A stretch of DNA of 64,000 nucleotides from NCBI GenBank assembly GCA_964551605.1, contig CAZKCV010000004.1:7331-71330 (forward strand), written 5' to 3'. Made by a program: the position numbers and the translations under genes. This stretch comes from an uncultured Gammaproteobacteria bacterium. GTDB taxonomy: Bacteria > Patescibacteriota > Microgenomatia > Daviesbacterales > UBA10151. How positions within the stretch are numbered: the first letter of the stretch is position 1; every line of letters starts with the position of its first letter. This document shows, piece by piece, positions 59,764 to 64,000 of the stretch. The notes below the pieces were generated by a model. It had not been told where the DNA came from, ran no database searches, and was given only the letters and a program-made list of their open reading frames with translations.

Positions 59764-60297
59764 ATGGTAAAACTTAATGCAAAGCAATTGAGAAAGGGTA
59801 CAGGGTACAGGGTACAGGGTACAGTTAAGCGCAATGAGATCTATATTGTTTTGGATAATGTTTTAGATACCTATAATATTGGTTCTATCTTCAGGCTGGC
59901 AGATGCGGTGGCAGCCAAAAAGATTTACCTTTGCGGGGGAACAGAGACTCCGCCCAATCACCGGATTAAGAAAGCTTCCATTAATACCACCGAAGTAGTG
60001 GAGTGGGAGTACTTCGAAACAGCCCTGGAAGCAGTTTCAAGGGTAAAGCGTGAAGCGAAAAGGGTAAAGATAATAGCGATAGAACAGAGCCCTAAATCAA
60101 TCCAATATAATACTTTTGAGTATAAATTGCCCATATGTTTGGTGGTAGGGCATGAAAGTAACGGGGTAAGCAGGGAAGTTTTGGAAATTTCTGATGCCAT
60201 TGTTGAAATTCCCATGTTCGGGGTTAATATTTCTTTAAATGTTGTGGTTTCTTTAGGGATAGTATTGTATGAAGTTATTAAGAAGAGTGATAATTAA
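59764..60297 (+). CDS. TrmH/SpoU family RNA methyltransferase
   Basis: LDN..NIGSIFRLAD, VVGHESNGV, EIPMFG..SLNV. Confidence 0.92.
   Translation: MVKLNAKQLRKGTGYRVQGTVKRNEIYIVLDNVLDTYNIGSIFRLADAVAAKKIYLCGGTETPPNHRIKKASINTTEVVEWEYFETALEAVSRVKREAKRVKIIAIEQSPKSIQYNTFEYKLPICLVVGHESNGVSREVLEISDAIVEIPMFGVNISLNVVVSLGIVLYEVIKKSDN
59852..59906 (+). repeat. 55-bp direct repeat, right copy
   Basis: Identical to 57089-57143. Confidence 0.9.
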
Positions 60298-60301
60298 AAT
60301 T

Positions 60302-60955
60302 ATGTCGGGAGATTCTAGGATAAGTATTATGCAAGCTTCAGGTAGACTAGGGCCATACTTAAGCAGTATCCGCAAGAGTGCGCAAGAGGCGGTTTCCAAG
60401 ATTGAAGCAAAGATCCCCTTAACTGGTGTTGATGTTGTTATCTGTGATAATCCTAGAGCTACAATTCCACATTTGGGTATCGGTGGTCAAACTGTGACAT
60501 CTAATCTGGTGATAGTATCGCTAAACCCAAGCTCTAAATTCTTAATAAACAAAATTGAAGAGGCGATACTGAGAACCTTGGCCCACGAGCTAAACCATTG
60601 CGCAAGATGGGAATGCGTAGGATACGGAAAGACTCTCCTGGAGGCGATGATTTCAGAAGGATTAGCAGATCATTTTGATGAAGAGATTTCAAAGGGAGAA
60701 CCGCAATCCTGGAGTAAATCTCTAAGTCTCAGGCAGATAGAACGATTTTTAGGGCTGGCTAAGGAAGATTTACATAACAAGAACTATAATCATACGGATT
60801 GGTTTTTTGGGTCAAAAACCAAAAAAATCCCAAAATGGACAGGTTACAGCCTGGGATATTATCTGGTAGAGGAGTATCTGAAGAGGAATTCCGGTAAGCA
60901 GCCGTCCGACATTTACAATTTAACTGCATTACAGTTTATTAAATCAGATGATTGA
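60302..60955 (+). CDS. putative Zn-dependent protease (DUF2268-like)
   Basis: AHELNH...SEGLA...GYSLGY. Confidence 0.8.
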   Translation: MSGDSRISIMQASGRLGPYLSSIRKSAQEAVSKIEAKIPLTGVDVVICDNPRATIPHLGIGGQTVTSNLVIVSLNPSSKFLINKIEEAILRTLAHELNHCARWECVGYGKTLLEAMISEGLADHFDEEISKGEPQSWSKSLSLRQIERFLGLAKEDLHNKNYNHTDWFFGSKTKKIPKWTGYSLGYYLVEEYLKRNSGKQPSDIYNLTALQFIKSDD

Positions 60956-61264
60956 GATAGTTTTTGAATCACATTCAACAAGCATGGATAATGAGAATCA
61001 TCTTTCATCAGGATGGAATGATGTTGAACTCTCGCCATTAGGAATACAACAAGCAAAGGATTTAGGAAAACGAAGAAAAGATGAAAAATTTGATGCAATT
61101 TTTTGTTCAGATCTTCAAAGATCTTATAAAACAGCTGAGATTGCTTTTGGCAATAAATTTCCAATAATTCGTGATGAAAGATTAAGGGACTGCAGTTAGA
61201 AGAAATTATTGCTGCTTCTTGGAAGTGGCAGCCCGGGTGGGAATATAGGCTGGAGTCATTATAG
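60948..61264 (+). pseudogene. histidine phosphatase family gene with internal deletion/frameshift
   Basis: N-terminal half (ESHS, SDLQR, DERLR) stops at 61199; family-like C-terminus LEEIIAASWKWQPGWEY follows in another frame. Confidence 0.7.
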
Positions 61265-61852
61265 TCTTATCTTTAATTCCTTGAGCTTCCTTGTAAGATC
61301 TAATGCAGATGTAAAAAGTATTGTTTTAAAGTCTAATCTTTCGGCAACTTCGATATTTTTTATATAATCATCAATGAATAGGCACTCTTGCGGTTTTAGT
61401 TGAAGTTTTTTTAAGACAAGCAGGAAAATTTCTTTATTTGGTTTTGTTAATCCTACCTGGAAAGAGTAAACAACATGTTTAAAAAGTTTATGGTATGAGT
61501 ATTTTTTTTCACAGTATTCTACCCATTCTTTACCATGATTTGATAGCAAAATGAGGGTATAATCCTCTTTTTTAAGTTTTTCTATAATTTCCCGTGTTCC
61601 TTTTATTTCTGTAAAGTTTTTTCTGGCTGCATTTTTCAGTTGGTCAACAGGAATATCCCATGAGTTTTCTTTAATAACAGATTTCCAGTAGTTATCTTCT
61701 GATATTTGTCCAGTCACAAACTTCTCATAATATTCGTTATAAAAATATTCCTCTGAAACAGTAGCACTCAATTCTTTTTCAAAATATTTATGACTTCCTA
61801 AAATCCCTTCCAAATACACATTAGAGAGATCAAATATTATTGTGGTAATCAT
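61259..61852 (-). CDS. HAD family hydrolase
   Basis: IIFDL, LSN, KP, FIDD. Confidence 0.88.
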   Translation of the reverse strand: MITTIIFDLSNVYLEGILGSHKYFEKELSATVSEEYFYNEYYEKFVTGQISEDNYWKSVIKENSWDIPVDQLKNAARKNFTEIKGTREIIEKLKKEDYTLILLSNHGKEWVEYCEKKYSYHKLFKHVVYSFQVGLTKPNKEIFLLVLKKLQLKPQECLFIDDYIKNIEVAERLDFKTILFTSALDLTRKLKELKIRL

Positions 61853-61955
61853 TTTAAATTTGCGCCAATATGTTTAGATTACCAGAAAGACAAACTATAT
61901 TCATACTTCAACAGGTAGTATCAATACAGCCGTTGCAGTGTGGTAGTATAAATTT

Positions 61956-62402
61956 ATGGTAAATTCTATTATCTTTGATTGGAAAAGGACTTTGTATGAT
62001 CCGGATCGGAAGGTTCTAATTGATGGGGCCTTGGAACTTTTGGATTTGATTAAAGCTAAAAATATCCCTATGGTCTTAATCGGTAAAGGGGCGGAAGATA
62101 TGCAGCGGGAGGTAAAACGCCTGGGGGTAGATAAGTATTTCAGGCAGATTGTATTTGCTGAGGGAGATAAAGACCCGCAAGTTTTTATGCCATTTGTCTT
62201 AAAAGCTGATCCTGAAAGAACACTTTTTATTGGAGATCGGGTCAGATCTGAGCTAGAAATTGGTAAAAAACTGGGGGCTGTAACTGTCTGGGTCAGGCAG
62301 GGTAAATTTGCCTCAGAGACGCCTCAAAATCACGATCAGAAACCAGATTATGCCGTTTCATCATTAAGAGATTGCTTGAGTGTAATTTCAGGTCTGAATT
62401 AG
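61956..62402 (+). CDS. HAD family hydrolase (short)
   Basis: IIFDWKRTL, FIGD, PDY. Confidence 0.8.
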   Translation: MVNSIIFDWKRTLYDPDRKVLIDGALELLDLIKAKNIPMVLIGKGAEDMQREVKRLGVDKYFRQIVFAEGDKDPQVFMPFVLKADPERTLFIGDRVRSELEIGKKLGAVTVWVRQGKFASETPQNHDQKPDYAVSSLRDCLSVISGLN

Positions 62403-63560
62403 GGTGTAGCCGATCTTTTTGTGGCTTTCAATAATGTAATTATTAGCCTGCATAAAGGGATGTTTCCGCAGGCGGTAGATAAGCGCATCCAGGGCCCAGT
62501 CTGTAGCACCTTCTCCGGCATCTGCCGGATCCCAAACTGCGGTAAAGATTTCATCTTTTGATACAGTCCGACCGATGTTATTTCTTAATAGTTTGAATAA
62601 CCTGGCTTCCTTAACTGGTAACTTAACCGGCATATTGGTTTTGATAAAGTCCCCTAACAGGGGAGTAAAAAGCTCAAATTTTACACCCCCGGGGTGTAAT
62701 CGCATTTTTTCCACCCCGGGGGTGAACTGTCTAACCATGCCGACTCCCAAAAGATAATCGTCAATTTCCCCAAAGTTATAACCCTGAGCTTGCCGAAGGG
62801 CTATCTTTTGCAGGGTCTTGCGCTGGTGGTAATCTAAATAATCAATTAGCTCTTTTATTTGCATTTTGACAAACCTATCCAAGAGCAGGTTTTGTTTAGG
62901 AGAAGCCAGAAGGAGATGCAAAAGCTGGTTATGGCCGCCGGAAAGCTCGATCAATTCATTCAAGGTTTGGGTAGAGCTCGTAGGTTCGGGATCAAGGTTG
63001 AGGAGTTTTTTTAGATCGCTTGCCGAGTAAGGCTTAAAATACAAATATTTGGAATAAAAAGTAAGGTTCCCGCCGCTGACAGCCTCCGGTGCCAAGTCAT
63101 GCAAAGGCTTAGTGGAAGTAAAAATGAGCACGATCCTACCCGATTGGATTGCGGTTAAGCTTTGCAAATTAGATAGAAAATTGGCATCAAACGCCTTCGC
63201 TAATTGATCAAACCGGCTAAAGATTATTACCACTTTTTCATGCTTGGCAGCTAAATTTTTTATGATTTCTTTAGTTTCGATAAAAACCTGCTCGTCTGAT
63301 TTGCCGTCAGGATTACCTTTTAAGTCCCTTAAAAACATTCTGTAAAACTCATGTTGGTTTAAAGTAGGCAAAGAGTAAAGGTCGACATGGACAAAATAGG
63401 CAAAGCTTTGGCAAGCCAGGTATTTTAGGAAATAAGATACTCCCACTCCCGGCATGGAAACGGTGACAAAAGACACTCCGGCATCAATCAAGGCTTTAAA
63501 TTCTTTGAGTTTGTCTGAGGCAAAGTTGGGTCCCAGTTCAGCTTCTTTAAAGTTATACAT
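62388..63560 (-). CDS. AAA/STAND-like protein with C-terminal OmpR-type winged helix
   Basis: Degenerate P-loop MPGVGVS, SGGH, and 'E.RLF..L...G.TVSKDEI..AVW...LD.LIYRLRK..GY'. Confidence 0.72.
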   Translation of the reverse strand: MYNFKEAELGPNFASDKLKEFKALIDAGVSFVTVSMPGVGVSYFLKYLACQSFAYFVHVDLYSLPTLNQHEFYRMFLRDLKGNPDGKSDEQVFIETKEIIKNLAAKHEKVVIIFSRFDQLAKAFDANFLSNLQSLTAIQSGRIVLIFTSTKPLHDLAPEAVSGGNLTFYSKYLYFKPYSASDLKKLLNLDPEPTSSTQTLNELIELSGGHNQLLHLLLASPKQNLLLDRFVKMQIKELIDYLDYHQRKTLQKIALRQAQGYNFGEIDDYLLGVGMVRQFTPGVEKMRLHPGGVKFELFTPLLGDFIKTNMPVKLPVKEARLFKLLRNNIGRTVSKDEIFTAVWDPADAGEGATDWALDALIYRLRKHPFMQANNYIIESHKKIGYTLIQT

Positions 63561-63562
63561 GG

Positions 63563-63668
63563 TTTTTCAGAATGACTCAGAAAACTCAGATAACCAGAAT
63601 ATCCGATGATCAGAATTTCTGACACTCTGATTCTCTGGTACGCCGAGTCATCCCGAGTTTTCCGAACC
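63563..63668. repeat. inverted array of degenerate 8-9-mers
   Basis: CAGAATGACT/CAGAAAACT units mirrored by CCGAGTCATC/CCGAGTTTT units. Confidence 0.6.
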
Positions 63669-63761
63669 TATTCTCATCAGGATTATATCAGTTTAATATC
63701 AAGCAGTCAAGCCAGATTTAGTTTAGAGTTATTAGTTGGTAGTTTGTAGTAAAGGAAAAAT

Positions 63762-64000
63762 ATGGGTATTGAAGGTGGAGGAATAGGTGGAGCAGTTGGA
63801 GGAGTTGGCGGCGTTGGATTAGGTATATCTTCCGGAATAGAAGCCGGAGGTTTGGCGGCAGGAGTAGCTTCTGCTGCGGCTGGCTTGGAAACCAGATTTG
63901 GTCCGGTTATGGGGCCTGTTGATACCGGCCTAATCGGAAGTGAAGGAGTTTTTAAGGGATCGATGGCAGATTTTAATCCGATTACGCTGCCAGTTCCTGA
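63762..64000 (+). CDS. Gly/Ala-rich hypothetical protein, runs off the window
   Basis: AAAGGA RBS, ATG 63762, MGIEGGGIGGAVGGVGG... open to the edge. Confidence 0.55.
   Translation, partial: MGIEGGGIGGAVGGVGGVGLGISSGIEAGGLAAGVASAAAGLETRFGPVMGPVDTGLIGSEGVFKGSMADFNPITLPVP

Larger units (their letters stand above)
57144..59851. mobile_element. inserted cassette bounded by 55-bp direct repeats; no integrase seen
   Basis: Lies between the duplicated trmH segments and carries the 5' end used by the intact gene. Confidence 0.65.

Noticed and set aside
57001-59906. Diversity-generating retroelement template/variable repeat pair
   Set aside because: Differences between the copies are not adenine-specific and no reverse transcriptase is present.
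63563-63668. Possible CRISPR array
   Set aside because: Units are 8-10 nt, degenerate and lack spacers; no cas genes. No CRISPR array was seen anywhere in the window.
1-64000. Alternative genetic code (TGA recoded)
   Set aside because: Conserved genes such as pyrC, argG and pth end at TGA at the expected positions.

Overview
Gene-dense, low-GC bacterial chromosome segment read in the standard code. Gene content and style (ATP-dependent DNA ligase, archaeal-type mevalonate genes, many apparently leaderless genes) suggest a Candidate Phyla Radiation/Patescibacteria (Microgenomates-like) genome; this is inference. In order: MFS end, recF, pyrC; a T-box-controlled argH-argG-argF operon; a convergent block with an arginine-deiminase-like gene, argS and an amidinotransferase; pyrB-carA-carB behind a candidate leader-peptide attenuator; Fic, receiver and GGDEF genes; DNA ligase, an EndoQ-like PHP nuclease, pth, DsbA, cupredoxin; pflAB, a three-gene ATP-citrate-lyase-like set, sufCBSU and a mevalonate-to-undecaprenyl-PP cluster; secreted proteins (one with two thrombospondin type 1 repeats); an MNT-HEPN toxin-antitoxin pair; HADs. 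Best candidate for a new system: a ~2.7 kb cassette bounded by an exact 55-bp direct repeat of trmH-like gene sequence. It encodes a radical SAM/SPASM enzyme, an unannotated 69-aa peptide with six C-x-P units (ATA start behind a strong Shine-Dalgarno, missed by the ORF track) and an HExxH protein, i.e. a putative RiPP locus. A second window-wide signal is several families of tiny palindromic elements and 7-nt tandem arrays inserted in-frame inside housekeeping genes. All calls rest on motif recognition by eye; no database searches were run.
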